DNA from: Candidatus Methylomirabilota bacterium
GTDB lineage: Bacteria > Methylomirabilota > Methylomirabilia > Rokubacteriales > DASRDR01
Direction: 5' to 3'
NCBI GenBank assembly: GCA_036005065.1
Contig: DASYQW010000062.1
Location: 569-64,568 of the forward strand
DNA length: 64,000 bases
In this document: positions 35,241 to 44,806 of the stretch, piece after piece
How the letters are laid out: every line of letters starts with the position of its first letter
Position numbering within the stretch: the stretch's first letter is position 1
Notes under the pieces: generated by a model
The model's database searches: none
What the model saw: the letters and a program-made list of their open reading frames with translations, nothing else
What the model was told of the DNA's origin: nothing
Position numbers and translations under genes: made by a program

Positions 35241-37295
35241 CTATTCCGCGGATCCGTCGGCCGGCGCCGGGCGGAGTAGCCGGACCTCGACGGCGGCGCC
35301 GTCGGGGACGCCGAGGATCGCCAGCGCGTCGGTCGGCAGCTCGCCGTGGTCGCGGTCGTCGCCCGGCGCGACGTCGACCCACGCCCGGAGGGGAGCGCCG
35401 CGCGGGTTGACCAGCTCGACCACGGCGCCGCCGGTGACGCCGAGGCGGGCGGCGGCAGCGCCGCCGAGGCGGATCACGAGGTGGCTGACGGCGTCCGGGG
35501 TGTGGCCGGGCGGCCGCACCCGCACCACGAGCCAGGGGCGGGCGCGGGCCAGGCGCGCCCGACGATCGCGCGTCGCATCCGCGTCGATGGCGCCGCCTCG
35601 AAGCACCAGCCCGTAGGCCGCGTCGGCCCGCTCGAGGCTCACGAGCCCCTCGGCGACGTCGCGCGCCGCCACCCCGAGATCGCGCTCCAGCGGATCGCCA
35701 TAGCCGCCACCCCCTGAGCTCTCCATCACCACGACGTCGCCCGCCTGCAAGGGGAAGCCGCTGACCTTGCCCGGCAGCGGGGAGGGCTCGATCGCCGCTC
35801 CGTCGCGGAGGACGTAGAACCGGTTCGGGGCGCCCGGCCGGCCGCCGCAGACGCCGTAGGGCGGGAGCAGGTTCCGTTCCGAGAGGACCGAGAGCTGCGC
35901 GCCCGGCGCGAGCACGCGGATCTCGCGGCGCAGGCCGAGGCCACCTCGCCACCGCCCGTCGCCGCCCGAGTCGACACGCAGCGCCGTCCGCTCCACGCGG
36001 AGCGGATACTTCTGCTCGACCGCCTCGACGGGCTGGATCGTCGTCATGTCGCTCTCGGTGAACGCGCGCACGGCGTTGTTCCCGTCGCCGCCTTCGAACG
36101 CGCCGGTCCCACCGGCCGGGTACTCGTAGAAGATGAACGTCGCCCCCGCGCGCGGGTCGACGCCGCCCACGTAGCAGTGGTTCCCGCCCCCTTTGAGGTC
36201 GCCCGTCACCTTCCCCGCGATGGCCTGGGCGAGCGCCCCCATCACCGCCGACTCCACCGCGTACTTGATCTCCACCATCCCGCCGCACGGCGCCGGCAGC
36301 CGCGCGTTGACGACCGTGCCCTCGGGGGCGAGGACGGTGATGGGCCGCAGCGCGCCCGAGTTGATCTCGCCGCCGGGATCGAGGAACGCCTTGAGGATCG
36401 TGAACGCGCCGGTGGGCGCCATGGCGGGACCCACGTTGGTCGGCCCGGCCGTCTGGGGCGCGGAGCCGGACAGGTCGACGGTCACCGCGTCGCCGGCGAC
36501 GACCAGGCGCGCACGGATCCGGATGGGCTCGAGCCGCTGGCGGCCGCCTTCGAGGTAGGCCTCGTAACGGTACTCGCCGTCCGGCAGCTCCCGGATCTTC
36601 CGGCGCATCCGCCGCTCGGCGCGGTCGAGCAGCTCGACCACGCACGCCCGTAGTGGCGCAATCCCGTACCGCGCGATGAGCGCCTCGACCCGCTCGGCCG
36701 CCTTGCGGCAGGTCCCGAGCATGGCCCGGAAGTCCCCTTCCCGGTCCCGCGAGACCCGCATGTTCGCAAACAGCAGATCGAGCGCTGCCTGGTCGGGGCG
36801 CCCCCGCTGAACGATCTTGATCGGCGGGATGCGGATCCCCTCCTGGTAGATCTCCGTCACGGCGCCGGAGAGGCTCCCGGCGGTCATCCCGCCCACGTCG
36901 CCCCAGTGGGCCCGGACGACGGGGCAGAGGAAGAGGCGGCCCTCGGCGAACAAGGGATAGATCATGGCGACGTCGTTCAGATGCGTCCCGCCCGTGTAGG
37001 GATCGTTGTGGAGGAAGATGTCGCCCGGGTGGATGTCCTCGCCGAACTTCTCGCGCACGGCCCGCATCGACCAGGCGATGGGCACGATGTGGAGCGGGTG
37101 GTCCTGTCCGCGGGACATCGCGACGATCTCGGCGTCCTCACTCATCAGCACGCAGGAGAAGTCCTCGCCCTCGTAGATGATGGAGGAGTAGGCGGTCCGT
37201 ACGAGGGTCACGCGCATCTCGCGCACGATCGAGGACAGGGCCTCGCGGACGACCTCGAGCGTGATGGGATCGATCACCGCGCCCTCCAGGCTCAC
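35241..37295 (-). CDS. Hydantoinase B/oxoprolinase family protein with a C-terminal extra domain
   Basis: PGDIFLHNDPYTGGTHLND, HWGDVGG, EIYQEG, GGGGYGDP. GTGA overlap with hydantoinase A. Confidence 0.92.
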   Translation of the reverse strand: MSLEGAVIDPITLEVVREALSSIVREMRVTLVRTAYSSIIYEGEDFSCVLMSEDAEIVAMSRGQDHPLHIVPIAWSMRAVREKFGEDIHPGDIFLHNDPYTGGTHLNDVAMIYPLFAEGRLFLCPVVRAHWGDVGGMTAGSLSGAVTEIYQEGIRIPPIKIVQRGRPDQAALDLLFANMRVSRDREGDFRAMLGTCRKAAERVEALIARYGIAPLRACVVELLDRAERRMRRKIRELPDGEYRYEAYLEGGRQRLEPIRIRARLVVAGDAVTVDLSGSAPQTAGPTNVGPAMAPTGAFTILKAFLDPGGEINSGALRPITVLAPEGTVVNARLPAPCGGMVEIKYAVESAVMGALAQAIAGKVTGDLKGGGNHCYVGGVDPRAGATFIFYEYPAGGTGAFEGGDGNNAVRAFTESDMTTIQPVEAVEQKYPLRVERTALRVDSGGDGRWRGGLGLRREIRVLAPGAQLSVLSERNLLPPYGVCGGRPGAPNRFYVLRDGAAIEPSPLPGKVSGFPLQAGDVVVMESSGGGGYGDPLERDLGVAARDVAEGLVSLERADAAYGLVLRGGAIDADATRDRRARLARARPWLVVRVRPPGHTPDAVSHLVIRLGGAAAARLGVTGGAVVELVNPRGAPLRAWVDVAPGDDRDHGELPTDALAILGVPDGAAVEVRLLRPAPADGSAE

Positions 37296-39325
37296 GGCGA
37301 CCGCTCGAGCAGCAGGTTGGCGACGGGATCGACCGTCGCGTGCCAGTGGGGGAACAGTACCGTCGTGGCGCCGAACTCCTCGACGATCGCCGGCCCGGCC
37401 AGCCGGACCCCCGGCCCGAGGCGCTCCCGTTGATAGACCGGGCAGGCGACGAGCTCGCCCTCGAAGTGGACCGGACGGACCTCGATCCGGGCTTCCTCCG
37501 GGCCGCCGGCTCTCGCGCCGTACGGCAGCAGGTCGGGCTTCGCCACCACGCCGTAGGCGACGAGCCGGAGGTTCACGATCTCCACGGCGCCCGCCGCGTC
37601 GGCGTGGCCGTACATCGCGAGGTGGCGGGCGTGGAAATCCGCGGCCGCGCCGGTCACGGTCAGCGATGGCGGATCGACCGGTACCGTGAGCTCGAAGGCC
37701 TGGCCGACGTAGCGGAGGTCGAGCGCCGTCTCGAAGCCCATGGCCTCGAGGCCAAAGCCCTCGGCGGCGAGGCGCGCCGCCGCGTCGGCCCGCATCGCGG
37801 CGAAGGCCGCCCCGAGCGCGGGAAGCTCGGCCTCGGCGAGCCGGGTGATCCGGGTTCGCACGGCGTCGAGCTTGATGTCGGAGGCGAGGAGCCCGAGCGC
37901 CGAGAAGTTGCCGGGATAGGCGGGGACGAGGATCCGCGTCATCCCGAGCTCTTCGGCGACCGGACCGGCGTGCATCGGGCCGGCGCCGCCGAAGGCCACC
38001 AGCGTGAAGTCGCGCGGGTCATGGCCACGCTGGAGCGTGATCTCGCGGATCGAGGCGGTCATCCGCGCCACGGCGATGCGGATCACGCCCTCCGCCAGCC
38101 GGGGGGGGTCGAGCCCCGGCACCCGGACGGCCAGGCGCTCGAAGGCCCGGCGGGACAGTCCGGGATCGAGCCGGATCGCGCCGCCGAGCGGCCGGGCGGT
38201 GCCGATGCGGCCGAGGAGGATGTCGGCATCGGTCACCGTGGCCTCGAGGCCCCCCAGCCCATAGCACGCCGGCCCCGGGTCGGCCCCCGCCGACCGGGGG
38301 CCGACCTGGAGCGCGCCGTCCACGTCCACCCAGGCCAGGCTCCCGCCCCCGGCCCCGACGCTCTTGATGTCCACCTGCGGGATCTTCACGGGAAAGGCGG
38401 CGATCAGGGTGTCGGTCGTCACGAGCGGCGCCAGATCCTGAACCAGGCAGACGTCGGTGCTGGTCCCGCCCATGTCGTAGGTGACCAGGTCCCGGATCCC
38501 CGCCCGCCGCCCCACGGCCACCGCCCGGCTCACCCCGGCCGCGGGGCCCGAGGCGACGGTCTTGATCGGCAGCCGCCGCGCCATGGCGAGGGTCAGGGCG
38601 CCGCCGTTCGAGCCGACGGTCAGGACGCCCGTGCGGGAGCCGGCGGCGATCAGCTCGCGCTCGAGCGCGTCGAGGTAGCGGTCCATGAGCGGCTGGACGT
38701 AGGCGTTCAGGACCGTCGTCGAGAAGCGCTCGAACTCCCGGTACTCCGGGACGACCTCCGAGGAGAGCGAGACCGGCCGCCCGGGGAACGCCTGGCGGAG
38801 CGCCTCGCCCACCGCCTGCTCGTGGGCCGGGTTGGCGTAAGCGTGGAGACCGCACACGGCGAACGCCTCGGGCTCGAGCGGCGCCAGGCGGGCCACCACG
38901 CTCTCGAGCTCGGCCCGGCCCAGCGGTCGCGCGACGCTCCCGTCGTGGAGGATCCGCTCGTCGACCTCGAAGCGGAGCGGCCGGGGCACCAGGGGCTTGG
39001 GGCGGACGAAGGTGGGGTCGAAAAGGGCCGGGATGTTGCGCTTGGTCCGGCCGATCTCGATGAGGTCGCGGAAGCCCGCGGTCGTGACCAGCGCCACCCG
39101 CGCGCCGCGGCGCTCGAGGATGGCATTGGTGCCGACGGTGGTGCCGTGCACGATCCGACGCACGGCGGGGAGCGCGATGGCGAGCTCCGCGAGCCCCTTC
39201 AGCACCGGGCGGGCCTCGTCCCGGGGAGCGGAGGGGATCTTCGTCAGGCGGACCGCTCCCGTCGCGTCGTCGACCGCGGTCACGTCGGTGAACGTGCCGC
39301 CGACGTCGATCCCCACGACCATCAT
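37292..39325 (-). CDS. Hydantoinase A/oxoprolinase family protein
   Basis: GIDVGGTFTD, HGTTVGTNA, DMGGTSTD, GAGGGS, SAGADPGPACY, FGGAGPMHA. Confidence 0.93.
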   Translation of the reverse strand: MMVVGIDVGGTFTDVTAVDDATGAVRLTKIPSAPRDEARPVLKGLAELAIALPAVRRIVHGTTVGTNAILERRGARVALVTTAGFRDLIEIGRTKRNIPALFDPTFVRPKPLVPRPLRFEVDERILHDGSVARPLGRAELESVVARLAPLEPEAFAVCGLHAYANPAHEQAVGEALRQAFPGRPVSLSSEVVPEYREFERFSTTVLNAYVQPLMDRYLDALERELIAAGSRTGVLTVGSNGGALTLAMARRLPIKTVASGPAAGVSRAVAVGRRAGIRDLVTYDMGGTSTDVCLVQDLAPLVTTDTLIAAFPVKIPQVDIKSVGAGGGSLAWVDVDGALQVGPRSAGADPGPACYGLGGLEATVTDADILLGRIGTARPLGGAIRLDPGLSRRAFERLAVRVPGLDPPRLAEGVIRIAVARMTASIREITLQRGHDPRDFTLVAFGGAGPMHAGPVAEELGMTRILVPAYPGNFSALGLLASDIKLDAVRTRITRLAEAELPALGAAFAAMRADAAARLAAEGFGLEAMGFETALDLRYVGQAFELTVPVDPPSLTVTGAAADFHARHLAMYGHADAAGAVEIVNLRLVAYGVVAKPDLLPYGARAGGPEEARIEVRPVHFEGELVACPVYQRERLGPGVRLAGPAIVEEFGATTVLFPHWHATVDPVANLLLERSP

Positions 39326-39401
39326 CCGCCACTCCTCGCCGGCGACGAAGCTGCGGCGCCCCACCGGCCCCGGGCCACGCCCTGGATGATAGCGTGAAGG
39401 G

Positions 39402-40595
39402 CTAACGCATGTTGCCGGTATGGCCGAGCGAGTAGCGGCCGGGCTGGGGCCATACCGTGAGACCGTGCGGCTCCTTGCCCACCGGGATACTCGTGACCTC
39501 ACCCGACTCGGTATCGATCGCGTAGACGACGTCGTCGTACCGGCCCGAGAGCCACAGGGTCTTGCCGTCCGCGCTGACGTTCCCCATGTCCGGGCTGCCG
39601 CCTCCCGGGATGGGCCACGTGGCCACGAGGGCGCGGGTGGCGAAATCGAGCACGGAGACGGTGCCCGGGCCGCGCCGGGGCCCGTGCACGTGCGTCGAGC
39701 CGCGGTTGGTGACGTAGAGCTTGGTCCCGTCCCGGCTCGGGTAGAGGCCGTGCGTGCCGACCCCGGTCTTGATGAAGCCGAGCTCGGTGAAGGCCTGGCC
39801 GCCGACGAGGAACACTCCGCCGGCCCGCATGTCGGCGACGAAGAAGGTCCGGCCGTCGGGTGAGATCCGGATGTCCTGGGGCATGCCGCCTTTCGAGAGC
39901 TTCAGATAGCCGACGACCGCGCGGTTCACGAGGTCGACCTTCGCCAGGCTGCCCTGGAACTCGCAGGTGAAGATCGCGAAGCGTCCGTCGATCGAGAAGT
40001 CCGCGTGGTTGATGCCCCCGCACTGCGGCACCGCTAGTGACGCCTGGAGCGCCATCGTCTGCGGGTCGCGGAAGTCGAGGCGCTTGAGTGCCTCGGCGAC
40101 CACGATCGCCGACCGGCCATCCGGCGTGAAGTACATGTTGTACGGGTCGTCGACCGGGATGGCCTTGCCCGGCCGGCCGGTCGTCGGGTCGACCGGCGTG
40201 AGGCTCCCGTCGGTCCGCCCCTCCGCGTTGTTGGTGACCCAGAGGGTCTTGAGATCGTACGAGGGCACGACGTGCTGCGGGTTCACGCCCACCCGGAACC
40301 GATCGACCACCCGGCGGATCGCCGGATCGATCACGTACACTTCATTCGACTGCAGGTTGGGCACGTAGACGCGCGCGAGGGCGGTCACGACCGCCGGGCT
40401 CAGCTTCCCGGCCCGCGTCTCGCTGTAGAGGTTAGCCGGGTCGGGCACCGGGGGCATCCCGGGCACCACCGCGACGGGAGCGGCGGGCTGCGGGACCGCC
40501 CGGGACGCGGCCACCAGGATGATGGCAAGCCCGAGCGCGACCGCGACCCCGGCGACCTCGAGCACGCGACTGCGAGCCGGATTCGTTCTCTGCAT
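39402..40595 (-). CDS. YncE/YVTN-family beta-propeller protein, exported
   Basis: N-terminal TM/signal segment, then repeats of the type GVNPQHVVPSYD, DDPYNMYFTPDG, GVGTHGLYPSRDG, VGKEPHGL. Confidence 0.85.
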   Translation of the reverse strand: MQRTNPARSRVLEVAGVAVALGLAIILVAASRAVPQPAAPVAVVPGMPPVPDPANLYSETRAGKLSPAVVTALARVYVPNLQSNEVYVIDPAIRRVVDRFRVGVNPQHVVPSYDLKTLWVTNNAEGRTDGSLTPVDPTTGRPGKAIPVDDPYNMYFTPDGRSAIVVAEALKRLDFRDPQTMALQASLAVPQCGGINHADFSIDGRFAIFTCEFQGSLAKVDLVNRAVVGYLKLSKGGMPQDIRISPDGRTFFVADMRAGGVFLVGGQAFTELGFIKTGVGTHGLYPSRDGTKLYVTNRGSTHVHGPRRGPGTVSVLDFATRALVATWPIPGGGSPDMGNVSADGKTLWLSGRYDDVVYAIDTESGEVTSIPVGKEPHGLTVWPQPGRYSLGHTGNMR

Positions 40596-40624
40596 TGCTC
40601 CCTCACACGATGGCGTCACTGAAA

Positions 40625-41533
40625 TCATCGGTGCGCGATCGACTGCCGGATCGCGTCGAGCGTGCGGGTCACGATCAGCTCGATTGCGGGCTGGCCGAGC
40701 TCGGCGCTCGCCCGGCTCGGATCGCCGTCGACCCCATCCACGTCGGGCCGGCCGGCTCCACCCGGCCACCGGCCCATCCGCACCAGGCGAGGGTCGACGG
40801 CCAGCATCAACGCCGTATCCGCGAGCCCGGCATGGCGGCCGAGTTCCTCGTCCCGGTGCCCGCGGGCCTTGAGCAGCGCATGAACTCCGGCCGTCGACGC
40901 CCGATAGTATTCCTCGACGGCGTGCACCCGAACCGGCGTCCCCGCCCACTCACGGTTCAGCCGCGTCGCCACCGCCCGCTGGCCGGCCTGGGTGGACCCG
41001 TGATCGCCGAGGAGTACCACCTCTCGAAAGCCATGGAGCCGCAGGCTTCGCACCGCCGACTCGAGCACACGCCGGAACACGTCGTCGGGCACGCTGATCG
41101 TCCCCGGAAAGCGCATGTGGCCGCTGGGCGGATCGAGGGCCCCTTCCGGCACGTACGCCATCACCGGGCCGACCAGCGCGGTGCCGAGCCGTTGCGCGAT
41201 CCGCCCCGCCAGCGCCTTGACCCGCACGTTGTGTTTCCCCAGCGCCACGTGCGGTCCGCTCTGTTCGGTGCCCCCGATCGGCAGGATGATGGTCGTCTTG
41301 CCGGTCCGCACGAGGTCCCGAAGCTCCGTCCACGTCAACTCCTCGAGGAAGACCGTCTCGGGCGGCTGGGTGAAGCCGGGCCGCGCCAAGGCGGCGAGCA
41401 GGCACGTGGCCACGATCAGGGCTGTACGGAGAATACGCGGGCGGGCCCGGGACGGCGGTTCGGTGGCGACCATTCGGCCCGCGACTCCGTCTGCGACCCG
41501 AGTCGTGACGATCACTGCGTCGTGAGAGGTCAT
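40625..41533 (-). CDS. Creatininase-family amidohydrolase with an N-terminal signal-like segment
   Basis: LEELTW, PIGGTEQSGPH, FPGTIS, GDHG, HAG. Start uncertain (41533 or 41474). Confidence 0.85.
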   Translation of the reverse strand: MTSHDAVIVTTRVADGVAGRMVATEPPSRARPRILRTALIVATCLLAALARPGFTQPPETVFLEELTWTELRDLVRTGKTTIILPIGGTEQSGPHVALGKHNVRVKALAGRIAQRLGTALVGPVMAYVPEGALDPPSGHMRFPGTISVPDDVFRRVLESAVRSLRLHGFREVVLLGDHGSTQAGQRAVATRLNREWAGTPVRVHAVEEYYRASTAGVHALLKARGHRDEELGRHAGLADTALMLAVDPRLVRMGRWPGGAGRPDVDGVDGDPSRASAELGQPAIELIVTRTLDAIRQSIAHR

Positions 41534-41791
41534 GGCCACCCCCACCTCATTGTCGCGCGTCCGTGAGCTGCAGCGGCGACCTTTCGGTGCCAGGATTCCG
41601 GCCATCGGGAAGGCGGGTGTGACCTGATCCGGGTGGCGATGTAGCCGGTCCATGGCCTCGGCATCTCCCTTCCCATAGGCCCGCAGCCACATTGCCGCGC
41701 TCTGCCCGCCCGGCTGTGTCTTGACGCGCTTTCGAAATGATGCTTTATTCCGACTACGCGCCTGACCCTGTGGTGTTCAGCCCCGAAGGTC

Positions 41792-43480
41792 GTGCCACTG
41801 GCCGCCCGACGTGCTCCGCCGCCATCGCGAGTGGATGGTGAGCGCGGCGGCGCTCGCCGTCCTGGCGTGCCGGCGCGCGCGGGTCACCCTCGGGTTCGTG
41901 GAGAGCGACGGCTGCCCGCGCGTGATCCGGGCCCGGGTGAGGGCCGGCCGACGCCGGCCGGGGACACGACGCTGAAACCGCACCGCTCCGCTCTGCTGAC
42001 GGTCGTCTACCCGATCACCGATGTCCGGGGGCGCGCCGCGGATCGGGTGCGGACGTGGACAGAAGGACAGACGCTGGCACGCAGGCGCTATCGCGTCGTG
42101 GTCGCCTCCGAGGGCGCCGATCCCTCGCAGGAACGCGAGGTCGAGGCGCTGCTCGGCCCTCAGGACGCGCTGATGCGTGTGCCGGGCGCGTGCGACGCGG
42201 CACTCTGGAATGCCGGCGCGGCCCGGGCCGGCACGCCCTGGCTCGTCTTCACCGAAGGGCACTGCCGGGCTGACCCCGGCTGTCTCGAGGCGGTCGCCCG
42301 GTGGGTCACCACCGGCCCCGTCGAAGGAGCCGCGAACTTCGTGGTGCGGCACGATGGCGACTCCCTGCTCTCCCGCCTCAGCGAACGTTGGTTCGGCGAA
42401 ATCGACGCTCAATGGCGGGCGCCGGGCGCCTGGCGCCGCGTGCACCGCGCCGGGTTCGCGATCCGCGCTGAGGTATTCGAGGCGGTTGGTGGCTTCGAGC
42501 CCCGGTACGGACAGTTCGCTCCTCCCTTCCTGTCCGCCCGGCTCCACGCGCGGGGGGTCGCCATCGGAGACATCCTGGACGCCGCGATCGTGCACGAAGA
42601 CAGCGAGCGGATGCGAAGCCACCACGCCGACTCCGCCAATCACGCCCGCGGTGAGTTCGAAGCCCGCTCGCGCACGGACCCGGTGTTCTTCGAGCGGTAC
42701 TTCGGCCACGCGCCGCTCTGGGCCAACCAGCTCCGCTGCCGGCCCGCGTCCGCGCGAGTCATGGTCCGGGCCGTCGTGGCGGCGGCCGTCGCGTCGCCTG
42801 GCCGGCTCGGGACGCTGGCCGCCCGCCTACGATCGCTGGCGAGCCCGGCCGTCGTGGGCGTGACCCCGCAGATGATGCTGCACCGCCTCGCCGTCGCCTT
42901 CGACGAGCTCGCGGTCGGGCGACTCCCGCTGCCCGCGGCGTGGCGGTGGTCACGCTTCCTCCGCGCGCACGCCCGGGTTGTCCGGCTCGCGCAGCTGGAC
43001 TGGGTCCGCCGCCAGGACGGGTCCCCTCCGGTCCGCCGTGCCGTCGGCCGATGGCCGGTCGAGTCCCTCGGTCCGGAGACGATCGTGGGTGTGCACGGGC
43101 TCGAGCAACTGGGGGACCGGCCGTTCCGCTGGACGGAGCCGGTCGTGCTGCTGCGGCTGGCCCCGCCCGAGGGCGAGCACGAGCTGCACATCGAGACGGG
43201 TCGATTGCGCGGCTGCCCGCTGGACGCCGTGGTCGCGGTGGTCGTCGGCGGCCGCGTGCTCCCGCGCGCACTGCTGGACGCCGACGAGCACGGCAGGCTC
43301 GTCATACGGCTCCCGTCGGGCTGGTCGGCGGCGGCGCGCGACGGGACGGTCCTCGTCTGTTCTCCGCTGGACGCCGCGCAGGGGCGGCCCCCGGACCCGC
43401 GGCCCCTGGGCCTTCCGGTCCTGTCGATCGCCGTGACGCCGCGGCACGCCGGGCCCCGGGGCGCGCCGGCGCCGGCGTGA
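41792..43480 (+). CDS. GT2-like glycosyltransferase (GT-A fold) with a C-terminal beta-sandwich domain
   Basis: LTVVYP...VVVAS...WNAGAARAGTPWLVFTEGHC follows the GT-A N-terminal pattern. The C-terminus has FRWT and DPRPLG motifs. The true start is probably nearer 41972. Confidence 0.6.
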   Translation: MPLAARRAPPPSRVDGERGGARRPGVPARAGHPRVRGERRLPARDPGPGEGRPTPAGDTTLKPHRSALLTVVYPITDVRGRAADRVRTWTEGQTLARRRYRVVVASEGADPSQEREVEALLGPQDALMRVPGACDAALWNAGAARAGTPWLVFTEGHCRADPGCLEAVARWVTTGPVEGAANFVVRHDGDSLLSRLSERWFGEIDAQWRAPGAWRRVHRAGFAIRAEVFEAVGGFEPRYGQFAPPFLSARLHARGVAIGDILDAAIVHEDSERMRSHHADSANHARGEFEARSRTDPVFFERYFGHAPLWANQLRCRPASARVMVRAVVAAAVASPGRLGTLAARLRSLASPAVVGVTPQMMLHRLAVAFDELAVGRLPLPAAWRWSRFLRAHARVVRLAQLDWVRRQDGSPPVRRAVGRWPVESLGPETIVGVHGLEQLGDRPFRWTEPVVLLRLAPPEGEHELHIETGRLRGCPLDAVVAVVVGGRVLPRALLDADEHGRLVIRLPSGWSAAARDGTVLVCSPLDAAQGRPPDPRPLGLPVLSIAVTPRHAGPRGAPAPA

Positions 43481-43507
43481 GCCGCGTCGGCGCCGGCGAC
43501 GTGGGGC

Positions 43508-43557
43508 GAGACGAAGGGCCTCCCCTTTCGTCTTGAACCGGGGTATTTTCCGTCTGG
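43508..43557 (+). promoter_or_regulatory. Upstream element of livK, duplicated at 49446-49497
   Basis: GAGACGAAGGGCCTCCCCTTTCGTCTTGAACCGGGGTATTTTCCGTCTGG aligns with the element upstream of livH. Confidence 0.6.
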
Positions 43558-43614
43558 GCTTACCCGGGACGACCGAGGTGGGAGGGGGCCTTGCGGGCCC
43601 CGAGGAGGAACGCC

Positions 43615-44784
43615 ATGCGATGGCAACGGATGCTGGGAGCGCTCGGACTGACCCTGATCCTCGTGGCCCTGATGCCGCCGGCGTCGGCCCAGGACGTGGT
43701 GAAGCTCGCCATCGTGGCCGAGATCACGGGCGGCGGGGCGCCCTCGGGAACCATGTGGCGCGACGGGGTCATCCTGGCGGTGGAGGACATCAACAAGAAG
43801 GGGGGCATCCTGGGGCGACGCCTGGAGAGCCTCGTCATGGATACCCAGTCGGATCCCCCCACCTCGGTGGCGGTGATGCGCCGCGCCATCAACGAGCACC
43901 CCCTCGCCGTCATGGGCACGGTGTACAGCTCCAGCACCGTGGCCAACATGGAGATCGCCCGCCAGGCCGGCATCCCGCAGATCAGCGGGTCGGAGTCGGT
44001 GCTCGTCGTGCAGAAGGGGAATCCGAACATCTTCCTGACGTCCTTCAGCCAGCAGGTCGGGTTCGCCAAGCTGGTTCGCTGGCTGGTGGAGGATCTCAAG
44101 GCGGACAAGATCGCGCTGATCTACGTGAACAACGCCTTCGGCCGGGGCGGCCGGGAGATGCTCCTGAAGTTCCTCAAGGACCGCGGCAAGTCGGTGCTGG
44201 CCGACATCTCCACCGAGGTGCAGCAGGCGGACTTCACCCCGGAGCTGACGCGGGTGCGGGCCTCGGGGGCCACGCACCTCATGGTCTACAACCACGAGGA
44301 GGAGAACGCGCGGATCATGATCCAGCTCCGCAAGCTGGCCCTCAACGTCGAGGCGGTCGGTGACAACCTCTGCGCCCAGACCACCGTGGACGCGGGCGGC
44401 GAGGCGATGAACGGCGCCAAGTGCCACGTCCCGATGACGGCGCTCTCCCCGGTCCCGAGCATGGTGGAGGTGGGCCGGCGGCTCCAGGAGAAGTACGGAC
44501 GGGTCCCCGATCACAACGCATTCAAGGCCTACATCGGTACCCACATGCTCAAAGCGGCGATCGAGCGGGTGGGCGCATTCGATCAGGCCAAGGTCCGGGA
44601 TTGCCTTCACAACAACCTGTTCACGGCGGCCGAGGAGCCCGGGCTGCTCATGGACGTGTACGTGGACGAGAAGGGAGACGCCGACCGGGCCAGCTTCATC
44701 GTCGAGGTGCAGAACCGGCAGTCGAAGGTCATCAAGGTCGTGCCCATGCTGGGCGGGCCCTACACCAAGCGGCCCTGCCGCTAG
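43615..44784 (+). CDS. Branched-chain amino acid-type ABC substrate-binding protein (LivK-like)
   Basis: Signal peptide after GAGGAGG, AVEDINKKGGILGR, DFTPELTRV. Confidence 0.9.
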   Translation: MRWQRMLGALGLTLILVALMPPASAQDVVKLAIVAEITGGGAPSGTMWRDGVILAVEDINKKGGILGRRLESLVMDTQSDPPTSVAVMRRAINEHPLAVMGTVYSSSTVANMEIARQAGIPQISGSESVLVVQKGNPNIFLTSFSQQVGFAKLVRWLVEDLKADKIALIYVNNAFGRGGREMLLKFLKDRGKSVLADISTEVQQADFTPELTRVRASGATHLMVYNHEEENARIMIQLRKLALNVEAVGDNLCAQTTVDAGGEAMNGAKCHVPMTALSPVPSMVEVGRRLQEKYGRVPDHNAFKAYIGTHMLKAAIERVGAFDQAKVRDCLHNNLFTAAEEPGLLMDVYVDEKGDADRASFIVEVQNRQSKVIKVVPMLGGPYTKRPCR

Positions 44785-44806
44785 GGCCGCCGGCCTGCGC
44801 ATTCGG

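Noticed and set aside
41640-41692. MWLRAYGKGDAEAMDRL resembling an ECF sigma factor N-terminus
   Set aside because: The similarity stops after about 17 residues with no region 2 or 4; it is more likely chance upstream extension of the creatininase frame.
41721-41800. Possible fluoride riboswitch or promoter upstream of the GT2-like gene
   Set aside because: TGGTGTTC recalls the crcB motif, but the pseudoknot partner and the GCTGATGAC segment are absent. The -10 after TTGACG lacks the -11 A.
43581-43601. GGAGGGGGCC-TTGCG-GGCCCC as another repeat copy
   Set aside because: The left arm matches but the right arm pairs for only 6 bp and merges with the livK SD; too degenerate to count.
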